Shown here: positions 40,961 through 51,583 of the stretch, piece after piece
How positions within the stretch are numbered: the stretch's first letter is position 1
How the letters are laid out: every line of letters begins with the position of its first letter
From: an uncultured Planctomycetaceae bacterium
GTDB taxonomy: Bacteria > Planctomycetota > Planctomycetia > Isosphaerales > Isosphaeraceae
Direction: 5' to 3'
Assembly: GCA_963833985.1 (NCBI GenBank)
Contig: CAWIAD010000002.1
Location: forward strand, 2,944,001 to 3,008,000
Length of the DNA: 64,000 bases
The notes under the pieces: generated by a model
The model's database searches: none
Told to the model about the DNA's origin: nothing
The model's input: the letters and a program-made list of their open reading frames with translations, nothing else
Translations under genes and position numbers: made by a program

Positions 40961-42368
40961 ATGAGCCAGCCATTTGATGTTCGGCCGGTCGCCGCGGAAC
41001 TTTACTTCCTGCCCATCAAAACCAGGGTCCCGCTGAAGTTCGGCCCCGAGATCACCACCGAGGTGACCTGCGCGGGTCCGCGTCACGCTGGCGGATGCGC
41101 AGGGCCGCAGAGCGAGCGGCTGGGGCGAGACCCCGCTCTCGGTGCAGTGGGTCTGGCCCAGCGCGCTGGGCTACGACGAGCGGCACCAGGCGCTCCGCGC
41201 CTTGACCGCCCGGATCACGGAATGCTGGCTCACAACGCCGGATCGGACCGGGCACCCCATCGAGCTGGGCCACCAGTTCCTGGAAGGCCGCCTGCCCGGC
41301 TTGCTGGCTCGATTCAACAGCGAGCAGCGTCAGGGAAAAGAGCCTGTTCCCTGGCTGGCGGCCCTTGTCTCCGCTTCGGCCTTCGATCTGGCAGTGCACG
41401 ATGCGTATGGCGTGCTCCACGGGCGGCCGACTTACGAGACATATAACAGCCATTACATGAATACGGACCTTGCTGCGTACCTGGAGCCAGCAAGCGCGGG
41501 GGTCTCCTTCGCCGGGCGCTCTCCCGAGGACTACCTGGTCCGTCCCCGGCCCGCGGCCGTGCCTGCCTGGCACCTGGTGGGCGGAACCGACCCGCTCGAC
41601 GCCTCGGAATTGACCGGCGCCGAGCCCGATGACGGCCATCCGGTGCTGCTCGCCGACTGGATCCGCCGGGATGGCCTGAAGTGCCTGAAGGTCAAGCTGC
41701 GCGGCAACGACGCAGAATGGGACTGGAACAGGCTGCTGCGCGTGGGACGGATCGCACAGGACCAGCGCGTGGACTGGCTCACCGCCGACTTCAACTGCAC
41801 GGTCGACGAGCCCGGCTACGTCATCGAGATCCTCGACCGGCTGCTGCGCGAAGCACCGCGCGTGTTCGGCATGCTGCTCTACGTGGAGCAGCCGTTCCCC
41901 TACGACCTCGAGGCCCATCGAATTGACGTACACGCAGTATCCGCACGAAAGCCGCTGTTCATGGACGAGAGCGCGCACGACTGGCGGATGGTGCGGCTGG
42001 GCCGCTCGCTGGGCTGGACGGGCGTCGCGCTGAAGACCTGCAAGACCCAGACCGGCGCACTCCTTTCCTTGTGCTGGGCGCGTGCCCACGGCATGACGCT
42101 CATGGTCCAGGACCTGACCAACCCGATGCTCGCGCAGGTCCCTCATGTGCTGCTTGCCGCCCACGCCGGCACGATCATGGGCGTCGAATCCAACGGCATG
42201 CAATTCTATCCCGATGCCTCGCTGCCCGAGTCTGCCGTCCACCCGGGGCTGTACCGCCGTCGCAACGGCATGCTCGACCTCTCGACGATCCGCGGCCCCG
42301 GCTTCGGCTACCGCGCCGGCGAGATCCATCGCACCTTGCCGGAACCCCACCTGAGAATCGCGGACTGA
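40961..42368 (+). CDS. Mandelate racemase/muconate lactonizing (enolase superfamily) protein; frameshift near 41075
   Basis: RVPLKFG, GWGETPLSVQWVWP, LKVKLRG (KxK), ADFN, YVEQP, MDES. Confidence 0.8.
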
Positions 42369-42410
42369 TCGCCCCCCCGATGGAAAACCGCCGCGCACAG
42401 AAAAAACGCC

Positions 42411-42460
42411 TTGACTCCTCAGACATGGCGTCTTAGAATCCGATTCAGACAACATGTCTG
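42411..42460 (+). promoter_or_regulatory. sigma70-type promoter TTGACT-N17-TAGAAT with two AGAC-N5-GTCT palindromes (candidate BlaI operators)
   Basis: -35 42411-42416, -10 42434-42439; palindromes at 42421-42433 and 42446-42460 (CAGACAacaTGTCTG). Confidence 0.75.
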
Positions 42461-42471
42461 GGGGAGGGTTC

Positions 42472-42864
42472 ATGAAGCGGATCCAGGCGGATGTGACGGA
42501 GGCGGAGCTGGCGGTCTTGCAGGCGCTCTGGGATGCCGGGCCGGCCACGATCCGGCAACTGGTGGAACGCGTCTACGGCCAGGAGGGCACCTCGGTGTAT
42601 GCGACCGTGCAAAAGCTGCTGGAACGCCTCGAGGCCAAGGGCTGCGTGCAGCGTGACCGTAGCGAGGCTGTGCATGTGTTCCGTGCCGCGGTCGGCCGCG
42701 AGGATCTCATCGACCGGCGCTTGCGGGCTGTGGCCGATGCGCTTTGTGGTGGCTCACTGGCACCACTCTTGACCCACCTTGTCGCGGGAGGCGAGCTCAC
42801 CGCACGCGAACGCAAGGACCTGCGAGATTTGATTGATCGACTCGACCGCCAGCGAAGGAGGTGA
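42472..42864 (+). CDS. BlaI/MecI/CopY family repressor
   Basis: TEAELAVLQALW..GPATIRQL..YATVQKLLERLEAKG..GGSLAPLLTHLV; GGGAGG RBS. Confidence 0.92.
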   Translation: MKRIQADVTEAELAVLQALWDAGPATIRQLVERVYGQEGTSVYATVQKLLERLEAKGCVQRDRSEAVHVFRAAVGREDLIDRRLRAVADALCGGSLAPLLTHLVAGGELTARERKDLRDLIDRLDRQRRR

Positions 42865-42867
42865 GCC

Positions 42868-44645
42868 GTGGACCAGCTCTTGATGATCGGGTTCCGGAAC
42901 GCGGCACTGGCGACGGTCCTGTGCTGCGCGGTTGCCATGATCGCGCGCGGGCTCGCCCGCCGGCCGGCCATCGTCCACGGTCTCTGGCTGATGGTCTTGC
43001 TGAAGCTGATCACTCCGCCCCTCTTCGATCTGCCGATCCCCGGCAGGGATCTCGGGTTCTCGATCGCCTCCTCGGCGCCAGAACATCCCCGGCCGCGGTT
43101 CATGGCAGAGGTCGGGACGGCACGGCCGCAGCCTGGGCCTGCCGTGCCGCCAGCACCCGACTGGACCAGGTGGCAATGGCAAGCCCTGCTGGTCCCCTGC
43201 CTTGCGTGGGCATGGCTGGTCGGCTCGACACTGGTGCTCGTCCAGGCGGTGCTGCGAATCGTCCGGTTCCAGCAGGTCCTTCGCCAGGCCGCTCCCGCGC
43301 CTGAGCATCTGCGCGGCCAGGCTCGCACGCTCGCGGCCTGGCTGGGGCTGAAGCGAGCACCGCAGATCAAGCTGGTGGACTACCCGCTCCGGCCCTTGCT
43401 CTGGGCCGTGGGCCGTCATCCCGTGGTGATCCTGCCGCGCGGCCTGTGGGAACGATTGGACGAACACCAGCAGTCGATGATTCTCGCTCATGAGCTGGCA
43501 CACCTGCGGCGCGGGGATCATGTCGTCCGAATGCTCGAGCTGGCGGTCACCGTCATGTACTGGTGGCTGCCGGCCGTCTGGTGGGCGCGTGCCGCGCTCC
43601 GCGACTCTGAAGAAGAATGCTGTGACGCCTGGGTGGTCTGGGCGTTTCCGGACGGAGCCCGCCAATATGCCGAGGCTCTCGTCGATACCGTGGAGTTCCT
43701 TGATCAGCCCCGGATCCTCAAGCCGCTGGCGGCCAGCGGCTTTGGCCGGGCACACCACTTGCGCAGGAGATTGACCATGATCATGATGGGGAAGACGCCG
43801 CGCCGCCTGGGCTGGGCCGGGCGCTGAGCATCCTTGGACTCTGTGCCTTGCTCTTGCCGGTCGCGCCAAGCTGGGCCCAGAAGCCCGCTGAGAAGAGGCC
43901 GGGGGACACCACGACTGCCGCGGAGAAGATTCAGGAGCCGGCCAAGGCCGCGGAGCCCCACCGGTGGAGCGTGATCGTTCTTTCCGCGGACGGCGGCGAG
44001 AAAGTGATCAAGGCGGATTCGCTCGACCAGGCCACTACCATCATTCAACAGCACATCGAGAACATTAGCAAGCAAGCGCGAACGCCGGAGCGTGCGGCCC
44101 AGCTCGACGCCCTGGCACAGGTCCTTGCTCAGCTTCAGAAGTTGAAGGCACCGGCGCTCCACGCCGCGGTGGTCCGCTCCAATACCGTCACGGTCAAGGA
44201 CAATCCCGGCTCATTCGTCATCCGCAATCCCGGCGCGGTCAAGGACGATCCCGGCTCATTCGTCATCCGCTGGGACACTGACACCAGGGATGAGAAAGAC
44301 AAGACCGGCACCAAGGCCAGGATCGACCAGGCCAGGTCACGGATCGAGATACTGACTGCGGAACTGGAGCAGGGGCAGCAGCGACTGAAGGCAGCCCAGA
44401 AAGAACTGGACGCGCTGATCACCGGACAAACCCACGCCGAAGCGACAGCCGCGATCGTGGAGAACCCGCAACTGGGTTGGAAACTGACGAAACATGTGAC
44501 GCCGGTATATTCCGCGCAGCTCCAGACGCCGGCGACCACCCCGCGGCTCTCGAAAGACACAGACCGCTTGCAGACGCTGGAGAAGAGGCTCGCGGAGCTG
44601 TCGGAGCTATTCCAGCAATTGAAGCAGCAAGAAAAGCCGAAGTGA
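42868..44645 (+). CDS. BlaR1-like M56 metallopeptidase sensor with coiled-coil C-terminal domain; frameshift near 43820
   Basis: LWLMVLLKLITPP, LAHELAHLRRGD (HExxH), YWWLPAVWW, EECCD, RRRL; continues as ALSILGLCALLLPVAPSWAQ. Confidence 0.88.
44191..44270. repeat. In-frame duplication (35-bp unit, 45-bp period) encoding VKD(N/D)PGSFVIR twice
   Basis: cggtcaaggac(a/g)atcccggctcattcgtcatccgc at 44191-44225 and 44236-44270, one mismatch. Confidence 0.85.
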
Positions 44646-44783
44646 TGGGGCGCCGCGGCTGTACCGGCCCGCGGGCTCGGTCAACGCCGCGCGACTCACG
44701 TCGGGCGGACCCGGGCGGGACTTGTTCCCGCCCTTTATGCTTTCGAACAGGCGAGGCATCGCAGGAGATGCACCACGATCGGC

Positions 44784-45257
44784 TCAAGAGCCACCCGGGG
44801 AGGCGGACGCGCGGCTGGCGGCCTCGAACTCGGCGAGGTAGGCCAGGGTGCGCTCGAGCTGGTTCTCCAGGTGGCGAACGCGCAGCAGGCTGCGGATGCG
44901 GCACAAGAGCTCGGTCTTGTTCACCGGCTTGGTAAGAAAGTCGTCCGTGCCGGCCTGTACCCCGCGCTCGAAATCGGAGGCCTCGTTGAGCGCAGTGACC
45001 ATCAGGATGAGCAGGTCCTTGGTCTGCGGGTTGGCGCGGATCGTCCGGCAAACCTCGAAACCCGAGAGCCGGGGCATCATGATATCGAGCAGCAACAGGT
45101 CGGGCTGGAACTCCTCGACCAGTCGAAGCGTCTCTTCACCGTCATTGGCTGTCTCGAGCTCGCACTCCAGATCGCCAAGGTACGCCTCGAGCAATTCGAC
45201 GTTCTGCGCGTTGTCGTCGGCGATGAGTATCTTCGGGATCGTTCTGGGCTCGTTCAA
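44784..45257 (-). CDS. Stand-alone response regulator receiver protein
   Basis: ILIADD, LLLDIMMP, MVTAL, DDFLTKP; TTG start after AGGAGG. Confidence 0.9.
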   Translation of the reverse strand: MNEPRTIPKILIADDNAQNVELLEAYLGDLECELETANDGEETLRLVEEFQPDLLLLDIMMPRLSGFEVCRTIRANPQTKDLLILMVTALNEASDFERGVQAGTDDFLTKPVNKTELLCRIRSLLRVRHLENQLERTLAYLAEFEAASRASASPGGS

Positions 45258-45732
45258 CGCCAAACCTCCTCGGGGAACCAATCGGCCGCCGGCATTCCTA
45301 TAGGGGAGCCAATCAAACTCTGCCACGCGGGGCCGGGTCGTCCGGAGCGCCGCGAGGCACGGCCGAATTCCCAAGGGCTCGACCAGAGGCGAACTTTCGG
45401 TCCTTGAAGACGGAGCCGCCCAGCGCTCGCGGATGGACGCGAATCGCCGTTGGCCACGGCCTGCACACGGGTTATCGGTCCGCGCTCGCCGCCGATTCTA
45501 CTCCTTCAGTCGTCTCGCAGGAATCGGAATTGCAATGTGGTTGCACCATGACGGAGGAATCAGAAGTGCGGATCGTGTGATCTTTGGCGAAACTTCCTGG
45601 CGATGTGGGAAAAGCCAGCGCTCCCCAGATTGCCTCCCGGTCCAATTCTGCTAAGATTATAATAATTTCGCGGATACATCCTGTGCCGATCAGGCTCGAC
45701 CTCCTCAAGTCTCCACTCTGGGAGTTGCCACC

Positions 45733-46311
45733 GTGCCTCTGAGCGAGATTGATCGTAAGCTGATCGACCGATGCTTGGGACGCGAGCCCGGAGCCTGGAA
45801 CGAATTTGTCGACCGCTACGTGGGGCTGATCTACCATGTCATCCAGCACGTGGCCCATGCTCGCAGCCGCGTCGTCTCTCAGGCCGACATGGAAGATATT
45901 GCGGCCGAGGTGCTGCTGCGTGTCGTCGACGACGACTACGAGATTCTGCGGCGCTACAAGGGGGCCAGCTCCTTACCCACTTACCTGACGGTGATCGCCC
46001 GACGGACCTGCATCAAGGAGATGATCAAGCGCCGGCGCGAGGCGGAACTTGGCCACGCGAACGCCCATCGGGCCAACATCAGCGATCCCTCCGGTGAGGT
46101 TGAGGCCATTGCCACGGCGGAAGAAGTGGAGCGCATGCTCGAGGACCTGCCCGAGCGTGAGGCTGAGGTTGTCCGCCTTTACCACCTCAAGTTCATGAAT
46201 TACCGCGAGATCGGCAAGCGGCTGGGAATCCCGGAAGCCTCGGTCGGGCCGATTCTCTCCAAGGCGCGGAAACGGCTGCGAAACACCGCGGAGCACCGCA
46301 CCGCCATGTGA
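45733..46311 (+). CDS. ECF-type RNA polymerase sigma factor
   Basis: AWNEFVDRY, DMEDIAAEV, TYLTVIAR, LPEREAEVV..YREIGKRLGIP..SKAR. Confidence 0.88.
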   Translation: MPLSEIDRKLIDRCLGREPGAWNEFVDRYVGLIYHVIQHVAHARSRVVSQADMEDIAAEVLLRVVDDDYEILRRYKGASSLPTYLTVIARRTCIKEMIKRRREAELGHANAHRANISDPSGEVEAIATAEEVERMLEDLPEREAEVVRLYHLKFMNYREIGKRLGIPEASVGPILSKARKRLRNTAEHRTAM

Positions 46312-46326
46312 GTGGGCGAATTGAGC

Positions 46327-47538
46327 TCAGCGCTCCAGAGCAATCCCCGGGTTGACGGCCAGCGACGTGCCGACTCCTGCGGCCGGGTCTCCGGGTGCCG
46401 TGGGAACGGGGGCCTCCACGACATCGAGATCGACGATCGGCAGCAGGATGACATTGCTGGAGCGGTCCTTGTTCCGCTGCCCGCGTAGATTGGCCGTGGT
46501 GTCGTCGCCCGTCGAACTCGCGGGCGGCGCGAGGCGGACGTGCGCCTTCGGCTCCGGCACCGGGATCGATTCGCGAACGGCCGTAGCGCCGGCGCCGGCG
46601 CCGGCAGTTTGCTTGCGGCGGGCTGCCTCGGCCAGGTTCACCGCCGTGTAACCGGAAATGGTCGGTTGCACGAACCGGGCCGTCCGCTTGCTGGTGTCAA
46701 ACTGGTTTACCCGAGCATCCTTGAGCACGACATCCAGCGTGAGTAGCTCCTTCTTCCATTGCAGGACGATGCTCTCCGGCAAGACGCACATCGGCCTGTC
46801 GGCCGAGCTGGCAGGGTCCGGCTCCCCGGCGTCCACGGGTAACTTGCGATACTTCTTGATGCTGGCCTGGGCAATCACCTCCTTGCCGTCGACCGAGATC
46901 ACCCGGAACTCCTTGACCCTGCGGGTGCTGTCCGAAACGACCATCACACGTGAGTACTTCTGCCCGCCGGCCACCCTGGGAGCGAACGTGAGCAGCGTCG
47001 TACCCGGGTCGGGCCCGGGACGGATCCTGATGCGGGCGGCCTCGTTGGTACTGATCTCCTTCAGTCCCATGGCCTCCACGATCCAATCGGGCTGGTAGCT
47101 CACGGCCAGGTTGGTGGAATTCAGGTCGGCATAGTCGCAGAAATAGACCGAGCGGTCCTTGCTGTTCTTGTACCAGAACCAGAACCGTTCGTCGTTGGAA
47201 CCGATATCGGCAATGGTGGACATCTTCGTGGCCAGCTCGAGCTTGAAGTTGCGGGGTCGCTCGACCGCCAGATGTCCTGCCACCGCGCCGCTGCGGGTGT
47301 CGCCCTGCGGTCCCATGGTGATCGTGATCGCTGGCCTGGCCTCGACGCTGGAGATCAATTCGGCATTGCGATTGTGTTCGGCCACGAACTCGTTGAGGTC
47401 GAAGGCCGTCTCCAGCGGCTGGACGGCCGGCGCCCGGTTGCGGGCGATCGACTCGGTACCGGCCGTACGACAACCGGCCAGGCCCAGGGCAGCCATGATC
47501 ATCAGCATCGCCAGTCGCGGACGTGGCGCGAGTATCAT
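46327..47538 (-). CDS. Hypothetical lipoprotein
   Basis: Lipobox LAGC after a hydrophobic stretch; DIGSNDERFWFW motif. Confidence 0.7.
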   Translation of the reverse strand: MILAPRPRLAMLMIMAALGLAGCRTAGTESIARNRAPAVQPLETAFDLNEFVAEHNRNAELISSVEARPAITITMGPQGDTRSGAVAGHLAVERPRNFKLELATKMSTIADIGSNDERFWFWYKNSKDRSVYFCDYADLNSTNLAVSYQPDWIVEAMGLKEISTNEAARIRIRPGPDPGTTLLTFAPRVAGGQKYSRVMVVSDSTRRVKEFRVISVDGKEVIAQASIKKYRKLPVDAGEPDPASSADRPMCVLPESIVLQWKKELLTLDVVLKDARVNQFDTSKRTARFVQPTISGYTAVNLAEAARRKQTAGAGAGATAVRESIPVPEPKAHVRLAPPASSTGDDTTANLRGQRNKDRSSNVILLPIVDLDVVEAPVPTAPGDPAAGVGTSLAVNPGIALER

Positions 47539-47781
47539 GGCTCAATCCCCTGGAAACCGGAAAACCCGGGCCTCGGACTAGGATCCTTCATCCCCCCGGT
47601 GAAGTGCATTCCCGGCACCCCGGTGGAGAGCAAGGACCGATCCAAAACCGGCACGCAAGATGAACACGGAGTGGAAATCACGAAGGGACGCTCAACTTAG
47701 TGCATCTTGGCCGGGAGCACAAGCGCGATCTCCGGCGGGAATGCGGAACGCTCCGGCTCTTCGTATCGGCCGCGAGAGTGC

Positions 47782-48975
47782 TCAACTTGCGAGAAATCGC
47801 TCCAGGGAATCGAATCCCTGGTCGATGGTGCTCATGTCGGTGGCAAAGGACATCCGCGCATAGCCCTCGGCCCCGAAAGCCGAACCCATCACCAGGGCAA
47901 CCCCGGCCATGGTCAGGGCGGTCATGCAGAACGAGGTCGAGTCCACCACGCTCGTTCCGCCCAGTGAACGGCCGAAGTGACCGCTGACGTTCATGAACGC
48001 GTAGAACGCCCCGCCCGGAGGAGTGCAGCGGACGCCAGGCAAACCGCCGATCCGGTCCAGCACATGATCGCGGCGACGAGAAAACTCGGCCTTCATCGCC
48101 ACAACAGAGTCCTGTGGCCCCGTGATCGCTTCCAGCGCGGCCCACTGGCTGATCGAGCAGGGATTGCTGGTCTCCTGGCTTTGCAAGTCCCCCATGAACC
48201 TGGAGATCGCCGGAGGCGACACGGTCCAGCCGATGCGCCACCCTGTCATCGCATAACTCTTGCTGACCCCGGAAACCGTGATCGTCCGATCTTTTAACCC
48301 GGGCCGCAAGCTTGCGAAACAGGTCGGCACGGCGTCGCCGTAAGTGAGCTGCTCGTAGATCTCATCGGACAGCACGCCCACATCGGTCTGTAGCACCGCG
48401 TCGGCGAGGGCCTCGAGTTCGGACCGGGAGTAGACCACTCCCGTGGGATTGGAAGGGCTGTTCATCATCAGCAATCGCGTCCGCGGAGTGACTGCATCCA
48501 GCAACTGCGCCACGGACAGCTTGAAGCCGCATTCTTCCGATGTCTCGAGAATGACCGGAATCGCCCCCGTCAGCTTCACCAGGTCCGCGTAGCTCACCCA
48601 GTAGGGAGCGGGAATGACCACCTCATCCCCAGGCCCGCATACAGCCATGAGTGCATTGTGGATGGAATGCTTCGCACCGTTGGAGATGACCACTTCCCCC
48701 ATGGCGGTCGGCAAATGGTGATGCCGCGTGTACAGATCGGCGACGGCCTGGCGCAGCTCCGGGATGCCCGCGGCCGGAGTGTAATGGGTCTTGCCCTCCC
48801 TCATGGCACGAATCGCCGAATCCCGGATGTTTGCAGGCGTGTCGAAATCCGGCTCTCCCAGGGCGAAATCAAAGATTTGCAAACCCTTGGACTTCAACCG
48901 TTTAGCTTCGGCTGCCATGGCCAGTGTTGCGGACGGCTCAATCAACCCAGACCTTGCCGCGAGTGGAAGTGGCAT
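47782..48975 (-). CDS. PLP-dependent aminotransferase class I/II (aspartate aminotransferase-like)
   Basis: GEPDFDTP, NSPSNPTG, SDEIYE, SKSYAMTGWRIG. Confidence 0.93.
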   Translation of the reverse strand: MPLPLAARSGLIEPSATLAMAAEAKRLKSKGLQIFDFALGEPDFDTPANIRDSAIRAMREGKTHYTPAAGIPELRQAVADLYTRHHHLPTAMGEVVISNGAKHSIHNALMAVCGPGDEVVIPAPYWVSYADLVKLTGAIPVILETSEECGFKLSVAQLLDAVTPRTRLLMMNSPSNPTGVVYSRSELEALADAVLQTDVGVLSDEIYEQLTYGDAVPTCFASLRPGLKDRTITVSGVSKSYAMTGWRIGWTVSPPAISRFMGDLQSQETSNPCSISQWAALEAITGPQDSVVAMKAEFSRRRDHVLDRIGGLPGVRCTPPGGAFYAFMNVSGHFGRSLGGTSVVDSTSFCMTALTMAGVALVMGSAFGAEGYARMSFATDMSTIDQGFDSLERFLAS

Positions 48976-49593
48976 GCCAGTTCCTTTCTTCGCTCATTAG
49001 TTCCTTGGTAGCCATCGAAGGTAGCCGATGAGGTACCAGCAGAAACCGCTCGTCCATTCAATCCCCGGGACCTGGTGGTCTCTCCCGTCGCTCCCTTTGT
49101 CTTCCAAGCATACACCGGCTGACAATCCCAGGTTCCGACCGCGGCCCGGTCACGCGCCACATTCGCGGTATGGCCCGGGGAAGTGATCGCCGCGAAACGC
49201 AACGGGACGATGTCTAACCGAGGCAACAGACGAAGTTTACCGATCCCCCTTACTTCTCCTAGCTTCCGTAAACGATTTGCACGTGCCAGCGGGGCATGAT
49301 AAGTTATGCTATCAGGGCAAGCAGTGACGATTTTGGACCGCCCCGGATCGGGAATTCTGAGAGGACCTGCTTCTGGAACTCGGATTTTGCAGGGCCGCCA
49401 TCAACGAAGCAAGGGAAGCGGGCAGGTCCAGGACAAACAGGATTTATACGGGTCAGGCGCGGGTCGACCGGGGCGGCTTCGGCCATCGATACGTCGCCGG
49501 CGTCGGGCCAGCAGAAAAGGATTGACGGGTTCGCGGATAGGGAATCCCACGCTGCATCCAGGTTGTCGCTACGTCCGAGGGTGGGAGAGGAAC

Positions 49594-50873
49594 ATGTGCC
49601 GCGTCGTCGTGACCGGAATTGGTGTCGTCGCTCCCAACGGGATTGGCCGCCAGCAGTTTTGCGAGGCCATCCTGGAAGGGCGTTCCGGCGTCGGTTACAT
49701 CGAAAGCTTCGATACAACGGGGCTGCCGATCAAGATCGCCGGTGAGGTTCGAGACTTCGACGTCCTTCCCTACCTCGGCGAGTATCGCAAGAACGCCAAG
49801 CTGATGAGCCGTGCGGTTCGCTTTGGCGTGGGCGCGGCAGCCATGGCGGTGGATGATTCCGGCATACGCCCTGACCGGCTTGACCCGGGTCGGATTGGCG
49901 TCTGCATGGGAACCGGAATCACCCCGATGGACGTGGGTGAGCTGGTCACCCCCATCTTGAGGAGCATCGACTCCAGCGGCAGTTTCGACCTGGCGCGGTT
50001 TACCCAGGAGCGATCGGAATCCATTTTCCCACTCTGGTTGCTCCAGCACCTGCCGAACATGGCGGCGGCGCACATCTCGATCCTCCATCACGCCATGGGG
50101 CCGAATAACACCATCGTCACGGCATGCGCGGCGGGAACCCAGGCCGTGGGCGAGGCCTTCCGGCTCATCGCTCGCGGCGATGCCGACGTCATGCTGGCGG
50201 GCGGCTGCGACAGCCGGCTTGATCCGCAACTCATGGTGGCGTACTCCGCCATGAAGGCGGTGAGTGCCTCGCTCCGTCCTCCCTCCGAGGTATCGCGGCC
50301 CTTTGACGCCGAGCGCGACGGCTTCGTCCTGGGCGAAGGGGCCGCGGTCCTGGTGCTCGAAAGTTACCCGCGTGCGCGGCAGAGAGGGCGCGAATCTATG
50401 CGGAGATCACCGGCTACGGGTCATCGTTCGATGCGTTTGGAATCACCCGCCCCGAGCCCGAGGGCAAAGGGGCTGCGCTGTCCATGACCGCGGCGCTTCG
50501 CGAGGCCCGGCTGGACGCCTCCGACATTGACTACATCAACGCACACGGTACGAGCACGCGGCTGAACGACCTGATGGAGACCGTTGCGGTCAAGAGAGTC
50601 TTCGGCCCGCGTGCCACGTCGATTCCCATCAGCTCGCAGAAATCGATGATCGGACACCTGATCGGTGCCTCCGGGGCCGTTGAGGCCGCGGCGACCGCGC
50701 TGTCCCTCGAACGCGGCGTGGTTCCTCCCACCATCAACCTGGCCACTCCCGACCCCGCGTGCGATCTCGACTACGTTCCGAACACCGCCAGGGAAGTACC
50801 GGTGCACGCGGCCATCTCCAACAGCTTTGGTTTCGGCGGCCAGAATGCCTCGCTTGTCATGTCGCGCGTGTGA
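49594..50873 (+). CDS. fabF: Beta-ketoacyl-ACP synthase II; frameshift near 50388
   Basis: VVVTGIG, TACAAG (catalytic Cys), [44 protein letters not shown]. Confidence 0.88.
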
Positions 50874-51109
50874 CGGGGGGTCTTGGGCGGCTGCCTGTTC
50901 GCTCATGGGACGGCATGGCACCGCCGGTTGTCAGCAGGTGCGGCCTTCTACCGGCGCGGTGCCTCCACAGCGCGCTCTTTGACATCCCCCGCGCCAGGAC
51001 GTAGGTTTCTTCTTGGAGTCCGCCTGACATCGTCGCGGGCCCCCGCGAATCAAGGTTGAGCAGAGGACCGCGTTGGACAACGGTCACGCGGATCCACCGG
51101 AACATCGCC

Positions 51110-51550
51110 ATGAGCGCTTCAGGACGAGATCGTGGTAGGTATGGATCAGCAATCTCCGGCCACGGAATGGACAGGCGCCAGTCCTGCCGCTACCCAGCGG
51201 TGATCAAGGCGATGGTGCTTTCGCTGAACGACACCGCAACGCCCACGGATCACTCCGTTCAACTGGAAAACGTGTCAATGCAAGGCTGCTTGATCAAGTC
51301 GCCGCGCGGTACCAGGATCACGCCCGGGCAGCGGGTGCGGATGCGCGCATTAGGCGAGATCAGCACCCCGTCGGTTGAAGGCATCGTCCTTTCCGTGTTC
51401 AAGCCGTTGCTCGGCAAGCGATCCGTTCGCATTCGGTTCCTGGCGCCTCTGTCGTACCAGACCTTCAAGATGCTGGTCTACGGGGTGGAAGGGGTCGACA
51501 AGAACCAGCGGGATCGCCCGGAATACGAGAACGACCAGTTCTGGAGATAA
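51110..51550 (+). CDS. PilZ domain protein
   Basis: RRQSCR (RxxxR) and NVSMQG (D/NxSxxG) c-di-GMP motifs. Confidence 0.7.
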   Translation: MSASGRDRGRYGSAISGHGMDRRQSCRYPAVIKAMVLSLNDTATPTDHSVQLENVSMQGCLIKSPRGTRITPGQRVRMRALGEISTPSVEGIVLSVFKPLLGKRSVRIRFLAPLSYQTFKMLVYGVEGVDKNQRDRPEYENDQFWR

Positions 51551-51583
51551 GAGCCACCCGCCCGCTGCCCCGGCACCGTCGCC

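Noticed and set aside
48980..49590. 600-bp intergenic region before fabF as a riboswitch or ncRNA
   Set aside because: No recognisable aptamer or terminator motif by eye; an Rfam scan would be needed
17481..50873. Programmed ribosomal frameshifting in the split genes
   Set aside because: No slippery heptamers or shared signals; the indel pattern fits sequencing error
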